A stretch of 32,000 bases of DNA from Thermoproteus tenax Kra 1 (GTDB taxonomy: Archaea; Thermoproteota; Thermoprotei; Thermoproteales; Thermoproteaceae). A program made the translations under genes and the position numbers. Shown in pieces: positions 9,262 to 18,875 of this stretch. The DNA lies in NCBI RefSeq assembly GCF_000253055.1, contig NC_016070.1, forward strand, positions 210,001 to 242,000. Reading direction: 5' to 3'. Under the pieces are notes generated by a model that saw only the letters and a program-made list of their open reading frames with translations, was not told the origin of the DNA and did not search any database. Every line of letters begins with the position of its first letter. The first letter of the stretch is position 1.

Positions 9262-9441
9262 TACGGCAAAAGTCGGTTCCACATGCTAGCTCCGATTTGA
9301 CATTCCGCGTTGGGCAACGCCATCAGCGCCGCCTTTCATCGTAGAGCGTACAAGACGCCGACCAAGCTCTATGTACGATAAGCGGTTGGATTAGTTCTGA
9401 GCTAGATCTTTTGGATATTTCTAAGTCTAATAGGCGATGAC

Positions 9442-10191
9442 TCAGCTCTTTCCGTGGAACTCTCGGCTGTCCCCTACAGCTCCTCCGAATTGCACGGCGC
9501 CTAGCCCAACCCCGCGGCTCTTGCCCAAGCCCAGAAAGTTGGCAAGTGAAACGTAGTACGAGAGCTTGTCCATGTATCTGTCGTCCTGTACCACATACTT
9601 CGCGGTGCCGTAGAAGCCGTAGAGAGACCTCCTTCCGTCGTACTTTACCTTCACGACGCAACTGGGCCTGTGGCACCGTAGGTCGGCAAGGTCGACATAT
9701 TCATACACCCAGCGGAGGAAGTTCCGATCGAGCTTCTCGACAAGCCCGAGCTTATACGCCGTTATGACGAGCCACTTGAAGACGCGGAGCGGCTCGGGGA
9801 GGAACGCCAGCTTGGCCCTCCTCCTCTCCTTGGTCTTAACGGCGAACTGCACAGGCGTTATGGTCTCGAGAACGAGGCGGTTTGCCCCGACGTCTTTCGG
9901 CTCAAACCAGCGCACGGCGACGTCTTCGACGGCCACGCGGGCTCTGCCCAACGCCACGACGTCCGGCCTCTCGGCCGGCGGCTCCCGCGTCACGTAGACC
10001 ACCTCCACCTGCGTCCCCGGCGGATAGGCGACGGGCCGCCCCCACACAGGCCTCCCCTGGACAATGGGCGGCCAGACGGACAGCGCCTTGATTCCGCGCG
10101 AGGTCAGCAGGCCGTGCACAAGGCGGGGCGTCCAGCCGGCGAGCGCCAGGGGATCCAGCGCGTAGCCCCTGAGCGCCACCCTGAATATCAT
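9442..10191 (-). CDS. cas6: Cas6 crRNA-processing endoribonuclease
   Basis: ATG at 10191 (MIFRVALRGYALDPLALAGWTPRLVHGLLTS...), trimmed from the track ORF. C-terminal glycine-rich loop YVSLANFLGLGKSRGVGLGAVQFG is the Cas6 signature. ATGA overlap with the upstream gene. Confidence 0.85.
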   Translation of the reverse strand: MIFRVALRGYALDPLALAGWTPRLVHGLLTSRGIKALSVWPPIVQGRPVWGRPVAYPPGTQVEVVYVTREPPAERPDVVALGRARVAVEDVAVRWFEPKDVGANRLVLETITPVQFAVKTKERRRAKLAFLPEPLRVFKWLVITAYKLGLVEKLDRNFLRWVYEYVDLADLRCHRPSCVVKVKYDGRRSLYGFYGTAKYVVQDDRYMDKLSYYVSLANFLGLGKSRGVGLGAVQFGGAVGDSREFHGKS

Positions 10192-10766
10192 CTCCTGTTC
10201 CTCGACGCCACCTCGTAGTCGCAGTCGCTGAGAAGGCCGAGTAGCGCCATCCCGGCGTATCTGGCCGGGCCTTCTAGGGCTTCTAGGAAGTCGCGACTCA
10301 CCGCCGAGTCGTAGATGTCGTCTTCGGCGTCGCGGAACAGAAGGTTGAGCGCCTCGTTGAAGAGCTCGGTCTCCGGTCTCCAGCTGATTGTAATTTTGCA
10401 CCTCGGCTGAAATGTTACCTTGCCCAAGGGCTGGAGCTCCTTGAAGGAGTAGTGGTGCCTAGCGACGGCATACACGGCAAGCCTTCTGATCCTCCAATCG
10501 GCGCTGTCGAGCGCTTTTTGTACAGCCACGGCGGATTTGGCCTCGTGGTGCGGGAAGTACCTATCTGCGTCCTTATACTTCCTGTCCGCCTTCCCAACGT
10601 CGTGTGCATAGCCCACGAACACGATTAAGTCTCTAGCCAGCGCCTCCTCTACGCCGAGGACCCGCGCCAGCTTGGGCGCCAGCCACCTCCCCCTCGCCGC
10701 CATACACGACGCGACCTCCTCCAGATGCAGTTCGAGGGGCTCTCCAGGGCCTGCGAGACACGTCAT
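10188..10766 (-). CDS. cas3'': Cas3'' HD nuclease
   Basis: MTCLAGPGEPLELHLEEVASCM...LIVFVGYAHDVGKADRKY...FPHHEAKSAVAV...VARHHYS: HD-type metal-binding pattern. ATGA overlaps both neighbours. Confidence 0.8.
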   Translation of the reverse strand: MTCLAGPGEPLELHLEEVASCMAARGRWLAPKLARVLGVEEALARDLIVFVGYAHDVGKADRKYKDADRYFPHHEAKSAVAVQKALDSADWRIRRLAVYAVARHHYSFKELQPLGKVTFQPRCKITISWRPETELFNEALNLLFRDAEDDIYDSAVSRDFLEALEGPARYAGMALLGLLSDCDYEVASRNRR

Positions 10767-12238
10767 ACCCCCTCTCCGCACTTCTTGAGCACAGCCCCAA
10801 GCCCCTCTCTGTATTTCACAACGCGTATCCTCGGCACATCACCGTGCTCAGCGACGGCGTCAAGGAGCCACCTCATCAGTTCCCCGCCTTCGTAGCTACG
10901 GGGCGGCTCAATCCGCCTTTCTCCGACATACGCCTCAAACTCCAGCTGTTCCAGCCTGTCCAACGGGACTGTGAAGGATTCCTCGGGCCCCTCCCCCACC
11001 TCCGCCTCCAGCAGGGCGTGGCGGACGAAGGAGCCGCCCTCCTTCAACAACTTTTTCCTCAAACGGCCTGTGTCCACCCTCTCCTCCTTCATGACCGTCT
11101 CCAGAAACCAGAAGTGCCTCTCGTCCACCTCGGTCTCCCCTCGGAGGAGGTGCATGTAGCTGTCCGGCTTGTGCGGGAGACGCCAGTTCTTGACCTTGAG
11201 GAGCTTCTCATCGACCTCGCCGATGAAGTATATCTCGCCTACGCAGCTCTCCCTGTTTCTGCAGACGCGCCCTACCCGTTGCACGACCCGCTCCACCTCG
11301 TCGGCTTCGGTTATCAACACGTCGAAGTCTACGTCGACGCCGGCCCCAATCGCGTCTGTGCCCACCACGATCTGCGCCTTATCGAGCTCGCGCTCAGCCC
11401 TCTCGCGGTCTCTCCGCGTCATGAGGGAGTGCACCGCCGGCGCCCCCAGCGTCTCGGAGAGGCGCTGGACTCTACAGACGTCGTTAACTATCACGAGCAC
11501 CCTCTTCCCTTCCTCCGCTTTGCGCCTCGCCACCTCCTCTATATTGTCGACCCTCCCCACCTTGTAAGTTACGTTCGACATCCGCCGCTCGAACTCCGGA
11601 TCGGCGACTTTGACGTCGTCGCCCCTCTCCTCGTCTCTATCCCCAAGCGACACAAACCTAAAGCCCTTGAATACATCCCTCTTCCACTCGCCAAGCGTTG
11701 CCGACATGACGACGGTGGGCACGCCGAGCTCCTTGAGGAACCGCACGGCCGCCTTTACTGCGGCGAGCTCCTTCCTGGAGCCAGCTGCCATATGCGCCTC
11801 GTCTAGGAAGACGCACGAGGGGTAGATGTAGGCGAGAGGTATGTGGTACCTCACCGACGGTCTCTCGGACTTGTAGAACTTCCACATCTCCGCCACGGGG
11901 ACCTTCGCCAGATTGTGGACGAAGGAGTCCAGCGTCGTGAGGACGTACTCCTCGCGGAAGTACGGATCCTTCTCGTATCTGTCCCTGAGGAGGACGTCGC
12001 CGTCTTGATACGCGAACTTTATATCGGGGTGAGCAGAGGCGTACCTCTCGATCTGCTTCCTAATTAGAGCTCTCAGGGGCATGACGTGGATCGCCTTGCT
12101 GCAGAGGCCCTCCTCCCTCAGAGCCTTGTAGAACAGCGGCGCGGCGTAGGTCTTCCCGTATCCCGTCGGAAGCTCCAGGACGATCCTCGAGACGCCCGCG
12201 CGCGCCAGCTCGAGCCCCCTCTCCACCGCCCTACGCAT
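10763..12238 (-). CDS. cas3': Cas3' DEAD/DEAH helicase
   Basis: ATG at 12238, trimmed from the track ORF. MRRAVERGLELARAGVSRIVLELPTGYGKTYAAPLFYKAL (Walker A), VLTTLDSF, CVFLDEAHM (DEAH), VVMSATLG, IVVGTDAIGAGVDVDFDVLITEADEVERVVQRVGRVCR. Confidence 0.9.
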   Translation of the reverse strand: MRRAVERGLELARAGVSRIVLELPTGYGKTYAAPLFYKALREEGLCSKAIHVMPLRALIRKQIERYASAHPDIKFAYQDGDVLLRDRYEKDPYFREEYVLTTLDSFVHNLAKVPVAEMWKFYKSERPSVRYHIPLAYIYPSCVFLDEAHMAAGSRKELAAVKAAVRFLKELGVPTVVMSATLGEWKRDVFKGFRFVSLGDRDEERGDDVKVADPEFERRMSNVTYKVGRVDNIEEVARRKAEEGKRVLVIVNDVCRVQRLSETLGAPAVHSLMTRRDRERAERELDKAQIVVGTDAIGAGVDVDFDVLITEADEVERVVQRVGRVCRNRESCVGEIYFIGEVDEKLLKVKNWRLPHKPDSYMHLLRGETEVDERHFWFLETVMKEERVDTGRLRKKLLKEGGSFVRHALLEAEVGEGPEESFTVPLDRLEQLEFEAYVGERRIEPPRSYEGGELMRWLLDAVAEHGDVPRIRVVKYREGLGAVLKKCGEGV

Positions 12239-13160
12239 GGCCGAAGAGCGCGCCGAGCGCCCTCCTCTCGCCCTCGGACAGCCCCTTGCTGGCCAACATG
12301 CTCCTCGCCACCTGGTAGAGCCGCCCCCAGTCCTCGGCGACTCTCCACCTCCCGTCGCCTTCTCCATACATCTCGGAGAGAGATGTGGCGCTCCAGATGG
12401 CCGATGCGGCAGGCTCGACGTAGTCCGACCCCGACTCCACGAGCTCGACGAAAAACCATGCGACGCGGCGCATCCTAGAGAGCGCCTCCACAGGCAGTGC
12501 GGTGGCCGTGTAGTAGCTCTCTCCGCCGACGAAAAGCCTCCCCGAAACCCCACCGAGCCTCAGCACGACGAGAGAAGCCGCGTACAGGAGGAGGGCAAGC
12601 CCGCCCAAGTTAGGCGCACGCCGCCACACCCTGTCGTTGACGTCCCACAGATCCCCAGCCGCAGTCCGGTCCTCCACGTCTACAAAGACGTGGTACCACC
12701 TGTCTCCTATCCTCACCCTAGTGAGCCTGTCGAAGGCATCGGCGACTTTTAAAACCGCCCTAGCGATGCCGAAAACCTTCCTCGCCTCTTTGTAGAAGAA
12801 CCGCCCGTCGAGATGCACGAACTCCTTGCTCTCCAAAAGCCCAGAGCTCTGCGAAAAGCTCTCCACAGTCTCAAAGTCCTCCCTCTCCAAGAGCAAGCTC
12901 TGGATGTCGGCCCCACCCTTCCGTTGCTTGCTACGTTGCTGAGCCTTCCTCCTTTCAAGCACAGACTCGATGAAGCTGTTGTACTCCTCGATATAGTAGT
13001 CGATGTCGTCCCACTTCCAGATTTCGGCCCCGGTGGCCATGTAGGAGAGGAGACCGGCCTTGTACACCGCGGAGAGGTGGATGAACTGAGACGCGCTCCG
13101 TAGATCAATTGTTACTAATGTATCGACTCCAGAAGATCTGCCTTTCTTAGCTCCTGGCAT
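12231..13160 (-). CDS. cas8a2: Cas8a2/Csa4-like large subunit of the type I-A effector
   Basis: 309 aa divergent protein encoded between cas5 and cas3' with 8-14 nt overlaps. Position and size fit Csa4; assignment is mainly from synteny. Confidence 0.65.
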   Translation of the reverse strand: MPGAKKGRSSGVDTLVTIDLRSASQFIHLSAVYKAGLLSYMATGAEIWKWDDIDYYIEEYNSFIESVLERRKAQQRSKQRKGGADIQSLLLEREDFETVESFSQSSGLLESKEFVHLDGRFFYKEARKVFGIARAVLKVADAFDRLTRVRIGDRWYHVFVDVEDRTAAGDLWDVNDRVWRRAPNLGGLALLLYAASLVVLRLGGVSGRLFVGGESYYTATALPVEALSRMRRVAWFFVELVESGSDYVEPAASAIWSATSLSEMYGEGDGRWRVAEDWGRLYQVARSMLASKGLSEGERRALGALFGHA

Positions 13161-13929
13161 ACTCCTTCGGCAACAGGGCGTAGAGCTCTTTTTCCACTTC
13201 CGGCACGATTTTCACCGCCGTGTATCCCTTCGCTGGCCTTACTCTGATGTAGCCCATCGGCGGAGGGACGTAAAAGGGTTGCCTCTCCGCGTTCAGCCCA
13301 AGGCGCGGATCAAAGAAGTATTCCTCTCTGCATTGAGCCGTCACCTGGCCGTAGTACGGCACCGCGGTACACTCAGAAGCCCAATCAGCCGGGATGTAGA
13401 AGCGCGTCTCTACCTCCCTAGCCCCGAGGTCCTCTGCCGTGAACTTGAGGGGAGTCGCAGCGACCAGCCCCTCCTTCTGCCCGACCCGGTAGACATACGG
13501 GGCCAGCTTCTCTGCCTCGCCGCCTGAGACCAGGAGGTAGGCGGAGTCCCAGAAGTATACCTCGCGCCGCGACCCAACTCCCAAAAAGTTCTGTATCAAG
13601 TCCCGCGCGGTCATCCCGCTCTCGACCACCTTGTCCTCTCTGCCCTTAAGCACCATCTCTATGGCCTTGGGGAGCTTCTTCAGCCTGCCCGGCTTCTGGG
13701 TCATAAAGGTGTAGTGTCTGTAGAGCCCGACCCCCTCGGTATACGGCGGCGCCCAGAATAGGACGAAGTCGGCCCGGGGCGCGTAGAACCGCTCCTCCGG
13801 TCTCACAGCGACCGCGCCCAAGGCGCCCAGTAGCGTGGTAGGCGGCGGGAGGAGCGGCCCCGCCCCGTGCTCAAGGAAGGCCGGCTTGGAGACGAAGGGG
13901 GAGAAAAAATCCAGCTTTACCAACATCAT
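13147..13929 (-). CDS. cas5: Cas5 (type I-A)
   Basis: MMLVKLDFFSPFVSKPAFLEHGAGPLLPPPTTLLGALGAVAV: characteristic N-terminal Cas5 pattern (P..P..TLLGAL). Overlaps cas7 start by 4 nt. Confidence 0.85.
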   Translation of the reverse strand: MMLVKLDFFSPFVSKPAFLEHGAGPLLPPPTTLLGALGAVAVRPEERFYAPRADFVLFWAPPYTEGVGLYRHYTFMTQKPGRLKKLPKAIEMVLKGREDKVVESGMTARDLIQNFLGVGSRREVYFWDSAYLLVSGGEAEKLAPYVYRVGQKEGLVAATPLKFTAEDLGAREVETRFYIPADWASECTAVPYYGQVTAQCREEYFFDPRLGLNAERQPFYVPPPMGYIRVRPAKGYTAVKIVPEVEKELYALLPKEYARS

Positions 13930-14861
13930 TCTTCGAAGTACTCAAGCACCCGCTCCTTTGCCCAGTCTATGAGCTCCTCCAACGTAGACAGGCCCGAGTC
14001 ACATGACGTTATCCCCTCGCGGTCGAAGCACGACAGCTCTAACATATCATACAGCGACTTCATCTTCTCCACGCGGGCTTTATTCAAGGCCCAGTAGTCG
14101 CCGTAGCGCGGCGGAGACACCATGAAGGGGTGGGGGTCTGCGACAGCGGCGACGCCGCCAAGAGGCTCGAAAGCAGGCAGATACCGCGCCTTCTTCGCGC
14201 CAAAAAGCATACCGGAGTAGAGAAGCTTCAGAGCGTCAAAGGCTAACTCGGCCCTTTCAAGCCAATCGTCCACGTCATCTCCGTCCTCCAACCTACCGAT
14301 TTTCATCACGTCTATCGCGACAGCTTGAATGTATATGGCCGTGCCGCTCTCGATAGTGAACGGTCTCTGTGCGTCGGGGTTCTGGAGGTTGTAGCGGACG
14401 TGGAACTGCGGCGTGATGACGCCCCTCGCGCTGGAGGTGTCCGGAAGCATGTAGCTGAACATCACCGCGCTCGTCCTCTTGACGGCGGATCCCTTCTCGC
14501 CGCCGCCGGCCTCCTTCGTCGCCATGAAGCCCGTGATGTCCTCCACGACGCAAGTCTTCACTCTGTCGTCGTGCCCAATGTCAGCTCTATCCGCACGCTT
14601 GAAGAAGCCGCCGATCTTCTCATAGCTCGCGCACTCATCACAGACCGGCAATTTCCTCTCCGCTGCGAGCTTGACAAGCGCAGCCATGTAGCCATAGGAA
14701 ATGGACTGTCCCGAGACGCCGGGAGCCGCCGTGATGCGATAGCCGTCGTCCTCGCGGATGAGGACAGGGACAGTCCTGTGCCTGGCGTAGTTCCCCACAG
14801 TCTCGACCATGTTGAGGGCCTCGACCTCCACTCGGAACCGGAAGGCGAACGACACAAACAT
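13926..14861 (-). CDS. cas7: Cas7/Csa2 (DevR family) backbone subunit
   Basis: MFVSFAFRFRVEVEALNMVETVGNYARHRTVPVLI...APGVSGQSISYGYMAALV...CDEC...GFM...RGVITPQFHVRYN: recognisable Csa2/DevR sequence. Confidence 0.9.
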   Translation of the reverse strand: MFVSFAFRFRVEVEALNMVETVGNYARHRTVPVLIREDDGYRITAAPGVSGQSISYGYMAALVKLAAERKLPVCDECASYEKIGGFFKRADRADIGHDDRVKTCVVEDITGFMATKEAGGGEKGSAVKRTSAVMFSYMLPDTSSARGVITPQFHVRYNLQNPDAQRPFTIESGTAIYIQAVAIDVMKIGRLEDGDDVDDWLERAELAFDALKLLYSGMLFGAKKARYLPAFEPLGGVAAVADPHPFMVSPPRYGDYWALNKARVEKMKSLYDMLELSCFDREGITSCDSGLSTLEELIDWAKERVLEYFEE

Positions 14862-14863
14862 AG

Positions 14864-15214
14864 CTACCTCGCCGCAGACGCCCGTCCCTTCACCGCCTGC
14901 CGCTCACCACCCACCGCCTTCGCAAGCGCCTTAAACGCCACCTCCTTCGCCACAGCCGGTCTCCTCTTAACCAACGCGGCGAAGGCGCGGACAGCCTCAT
15001 CCAGCCCCTCCGGACGGGCACAGCCCTCCAGTGTGCCGAAGTACCTCAACGCATCGTAGAGGGCCTCCATAGCTGTCGTGACGTAGAACTCGTCGTTGTC
15101 CTCAACGCGGGCTAGGCGGTCAAGCGGGCCATAGTACTTCTCACGCGCCAGACACGACAAGACGTGAACCAACGGTTCCAAGGATAGTTTCTTTTGTTCA
15201 GTTTTGTTATTCAT
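14864..15214 (-). CDS. csa5: Csa5 small subunit of the type I-A effector
   Basis: 116 aa helical protein directly upstream of cas7, first gene of the cas operon, with size and position of Csa5. Confidence 0.7.
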   Translation of the reverse strand: MNNKTEQKKLSLEPLVHVLSCLAREKYYGPLDRLARVEDNDEFYVTTAMEALYDALRYFGTLEGCARPEGLDEAVRAFAALVKRRPAVAKEVAFKALAKAVGGERQAVKGRASAAR

Positions 15215-15233
15215 AAAAAATGTAGAACAAATG

Positions 15234-15250
15234 TTCTTAAATATTTTGAT
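15234..15250 (-). promoter_or_regulatory. TATA-like promoter element for the csa5-cas7-cas5-cas8a2-cas3-cas6 operon
   Basis: Minus-strand atcaaaatatttaagaac about 20-35 nt upstream of the csa5 ATG, between the gene and the array end. Confidence 0.45.
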
Positions 15251-15269
15251 CTTTCCAAATCTATATCCC

Positions 15270-16899
15270 CCTTCAAATCTCTATCTGAGATTCAATAGCT
15301 GGATGGGGATTGGCGCATGCGCTTGGCTGGAACCCCCTTCAAATCTCTATCTGAGATTCCTTGCTCATAGTCGAAGCAATACATCTTGGGACGGCGACCT
15401 CCTCCTTCAAATCTCTATCTGAGATTCCTCGACTGCGTCGAACTTCATATCGCGCTCAACGCGCACGTACCTTCAAATCTCTATCTGAGATTCCGCTCGG
15501 TTGGACACGTGGACTCGATAGCTTGGCGCATCTGCCTTCAAATCTCTATCTGAGATTCAGATCCATGTGCCGATCTTCGTGTTGCCCGTCTCGTCGAATA
15601 TCCTTCAAATCTCTATCTGAGATTCATAACAAGATCAACCTTGTCGCCAATGAGCTCGCTAAGCAAGGGCCTTCAAATCTCTATCTGAGATTCGAGAACA
15701 TCGCAATAAAGATAACGGAGGAACAGCTACGCCCTTCAAATCTCTATCTGAGATTCCGCCGTACTTCTTCAGCACCTCCTTCACCCGTTCCTTCAGAAAC
15801 CTTCAAATCTCTATCTGAGATTCGTGCAGATATGTGAACAAGCCGTACGCGAAGCCGGTCAGGATAAGCCTTCAAATCTCTATCTGAGATTCGGTCCGTC
15901 TCGATTCGGGATTGGCTGTGATAGTGACAAAAGACCTTCAAATCTCTATCTGAGATTCCAGAAGAGCTCGAACTTTACGACCTTGCGTCCGATATATTCG
16001 TACCTTCAAATCTCTATCTGAGATTCGGCGATTTCAAATACCGCTATGAGGCGATATCCTACTGGGTCCTTCAAATCTCTATCTGAGATTCGAGTAGAGG
16101 TACCCTCCGTCGACGACCGCCCCCTGCGTGATGCTCAGTTGCCTTCAAATCTCTATCTGAGATTCAGGTGTAGTCGGTATAGCTGATGCCGTTGCACTGC
16201 ACCTGGTACCTTCAAATCTCTATCTGAGATTCACGATCTCGCCATGCTTGAGACGAAGCTTAGGTTGGGCTTTCCCTTCAAATCTCTATCTGAGATTCTG
16301 GAGCGTATTTCGCAATACGAGGATGCCGCACATATATCCAATCCTTCAAATCTCTATCTGAGATTCAGCAATCCGCCGCGGGTCGGCGCATGCCAACACA
16401 GCGTCCAACCTTCAAATCTCTATCTGAGATTCAATTGGAGGGAAACCACGGCCGTGCTGACAGACGCCGGCAACCTTCAAATCTCTATCTGAGATTCCCT
16501 GTATTGCCGGCCGTCCGGCCCCTCCACGACGAAGAAGTTCCTTCAAATCTCTATCTGAGATTCATTGCTGATAGTGTTCCTGCTAGTTGTCATTTGGCCT
16601 ATACTAAGCCTTCAAATCTCTATCTGAGATTCCCAGAGTGCTCGATGAGGCGGGCATAGACAGGTACTCCATCACCGACCTTCAAATCTCTATCTGAGAT
16701 TCGTATAGCCGCTCACAGGGGTGAACGATACAGACTGTGCGCCGCCTTCAAATCTCTATCTGAGATTCTGTTTAGGGAGAAGATTAGGGAGAAAAATTGA
16801 AAGAGAAACCTTCAAATCTCTATCTGAGATTCACTATCTCGATGTGAACAACATATGCATCAATGTCGGCGCCGGCCTTCAAATCTCTATCTGAGATTC
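15270..16899 (-). CRISPR. CRISPR array, 25 repeats and 24 spacers, repeat GAATCTCAGATAGAGATTTGAAGG in the minus (inferred transcript) orientation
   Basis: Perfect 24-nt units CCTTCAAATCTCTATCTGAGATTC on the plus strand starting at 15270, 15336, 15404, 15470, 15535, 15602, 15670, 15733, 15800, 15869, 15935, 16003, 16068, 16142, 16209, 16275, 16343, 16409, 16474, 16540, 16609, 16679, 16745, 16809 and 16876. Spacers are 39-50 nt, mostly 41-45. Orientation inferred from the archaeal-type 3' end ...TTTGAAGG, analogous to the ATTGAAAG handle. Confidence 0.98.
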
Positions 16900-17120
16900 C
16901 GGGTATTGTTGTCTTTGTTTCTACGAGCTTTTAAGCTTTTTTCTCACGAGACTGACGTTGATCTCGGCGGACTCTTGAGGTGGCATGATAGCAGTTTTGT
17001 CTATTTTCCGCGGCCGGCTTCTGTCTCAGATAGTTGAAAGTGTGTCTTTGGGGTTCGGCGCCGCCATCCGCCGCGCCTCCGCACGACGATTTATATGCGG
17101 GATCCCCGCTTGACAAAAAC
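16900..17120 (-). promoter_or_regulatory. Putative CRISPR leader with TATA-like element (about 16928-16942)
   Basis: In minus orientation ...gagaaaaaagcttaaaagctcgtagaaacaaagacaacaatacccg runs straight into the first repeat, placing an A/T-rich TATA-like element about 30-40 nt before it. Leader length is an estimate. Confidence 0.5.
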
Positions 17121-17239
17121 ACAACGGCGGAGGAGTAGAACGATTTTACAGAAGGAAAGGGCAAGTTGCACGACGATTTATAAACGCCGTGGTCTATATA
17201 GATCTCCTTTCAGTTATCTAGGTTTCTGGTCTTGAAACT

Positions 17240-18520
17240 CAGTGTTGAGAGGATGTAGTGCTAGTTGTGGTGTGTTATGGTTTTGTATGTTGGCGCTGTT
17301 GGGTCTGGGTTTTTGCGGGTGTTGGTGGACGTTCTAGGCCGGTGGTGTTGCGCTTTACATCGCCTCTGGTAGTGTTTTTATTTGGAGGGGGTGAGTTTCA
17401 GGAGGGTGAGGTTGTTGAGGTTGTGCGGAGGTTTCTAGTGGGGGCTGGCTACATGTTGGCGTTTTTGGCGTCAGGACGGGACTGACGTTGTGGCGTATAG
17501 GGGGGCTTTTGGTTGTCGAGATGAGGGGTGTGCCTACTGGTGTTAAGGTTAGGGGGCGTGGGTATGCCTAGGAGTAAAGCGGCGGTGCGTCAGTAGCTTT
17601 GGAATTGGCCTGCGGAGGTGGTGGCCGAGCTTATGGAGCATGAGTACGAGTGGGCGGTTGGCTGAGAGGGGTAGTGAGGCAGCTTAGGGAGAGAGTGGAG
17701 GTGCCGTGTCGAAGGTGAGGTGGGTTGGCGCTTTTGGCTATCATGGGGAGTACGTCCGCGTGTTTAAGAAGAGAGGACACGCGATAGCTAGGTGTGGGTA
17801 CGAGATCTGACTGGCGAGAAAAGATGGGATACAAATGCTGATACCCGGCCGCGTCTAGCTGTGTTGCCCTCGGCGTAGGCAAGCCCAAGGTCTGGGATTT
17901 AGGGCACTATGTGGCGCTATTGTCATTGGGCCAGCTTTGGCACGGAGCTAGACCTCCTCATGGAGGTAGCCTCTTGGAAACACGGTGATGTACTGCCGAC
18001 GTCAAGCAGTTCTATGCGTAGTTGTGGCGGCCGCTGTCTCCAGAGGATATTGTTACACTCCGCGTGTTAAATCCCGCCTTGGCTGCTGGAGGGCTCCGGT
18101 GGGCGCCCGCACTTAGCCTGTCTCCATCACGCCGGTTGCGCCCAGTGAGCCTACCGGGGGTATTACGGAGCGTTGACCCATCCGGCTGTTCGGCGGGCCG
18201 CGGCTGGGGACCGCCTTTTATGTGCTACACCACCTCGGGGGGCTCTCACCTCGACGCCGCACCTCTCTGCGACTTCGGAGCCGCATCGTTGTCAACGCTG
18301 TGGAAGCTGTCCCCGATTCTTTCAATGGTCCGGAGTGGGACTACCGGCTCTGTTCCGCCGACCGGCGGCGTGGACAAGTTACCACCCCCGCCTCTGGACT
18401 AAGACCTCGTCGACTGCGCGTTATCTCAGAGAGGGTGGCAAACCGTGATCTGACCGGCGGCTGGGAAGTGGGAGGATGTCGTGTTAACGCCCCTGCCTGC
18501 GCCTCTTATGTTGAGTACGA
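17240..18520. other. ORF-poor, apparently decayed region between the CRISPR leader and the coiled-coil gene
   Basis: Only short, overlapping, compositionally odd ORFs in all frames and many stops. Coding-like fragments such as FGGGEFQEGEVVEVVRRFLVGAGYMLAFLASGRD occur without a continuous frame. Confidence 0.4.
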
Positions 18521-18536
18521 TTGGCCACGGCGGGGC

Positions 18537-18875
18537 CTATATCCTGACGCTCCTCCTCATTAGGTTGGCCATGAGTTTCGCCAGCTCTTCGTAGGTCTGG
18601 GCCACGTTCTCGTTTAGAGCGGCGAGTATCTGTTTGACCTCGGCGAGGTCCTTCCCGATGTTGTCCAGCTTTCTATCTACATCATCTAGTTTTTTGTTCG
18701 TATCGTCTAGCTTTCTGTTCATGTCGCCCATCATCTTGACGATGACGAGGAGGAGCGCCGTCTGGAAGTCCTCCCTCGAGATCTTCTTCTGCAGATAGGC
18801 CTGCACAGCGGTCTCTAGGGCCTCCTCGGCGGCCTTGCCCAGAACAGCCGCGATCAAGTTCTCAGCCACATCCAA
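18537..18875 (-). CDS. Small coiled-coil protein with tandem heptads
   Basis: 112 aa: MDVAENLIAAVLGKAAEEALETAVQAYLQKKISREDFQTALLLVIVKMMGDMNRKLDDTNKKLDDVDRKLDNIGKDLAEVKQIL. TATA-like cttatagg upstream of the start on the minus strand. Confidence 0.65.
   Translation of the reverse strand: MDVAENLIAAVLGKAAEEALETAVQAYLQKKISREDFQTALLLVIVKMMGDMNRKLDDTNKKLDDVDRKLDNIGKDLAEVKQILAALNENVAQTYEELAKLMANLMRRSVRI

Noticed and set aside
10192-10401. N-terminal extension of the cas6 ORF (MQNYNQLETGDRAL...)
   Set aside because: It overlaps cas3'' coding sequence out of frame; ATG 10191 gives a normal Cas6 start and an ATGA overlap.
10844-11806. 320-aa plus-strand ORF antisense to cas3'
   Set aside because: A Leu/Pro/His-rich shadow ORF from GC-rich codon bias; the minus strand carries clear helicase motifs.
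12239-12553. N-terminal 105 aa of the cas3' track ORF
   Set aside because: Ser/Arg/Gly-rich, overlaps cas8a2 out of frame; helicase starts sensibly at ATG 12238.
14325-15059. 244-aa plus-strand ORF antisense to cas7/csa5
   Set aside because: Shadow ORF; the minus strand encodes recognisable Csa2.
15251-15267. ctttccaaatctatatc next to the leader-distal repeat, resembling a degenerate repeat copy
   Set aside because: It directly abuts the first intact repeat without spacer-length separation and matches only loosely.
15361-17037. Track ORFs across the CRISPR array with repeated PSNLYLRF / FKSLSEI / ISDRDLK peptides
   Set aside because: These are translations of the 24-nt repeat in different frames, not a repeat protein.
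18022-18563. Overlapping 126, 92 and 113-aa plus-strand ORFs in the decayed region
   Set aside because: Pro/Ser/Arg/Gly-rich, mutually overlapping and without recognisable motifs; not reported as genes.
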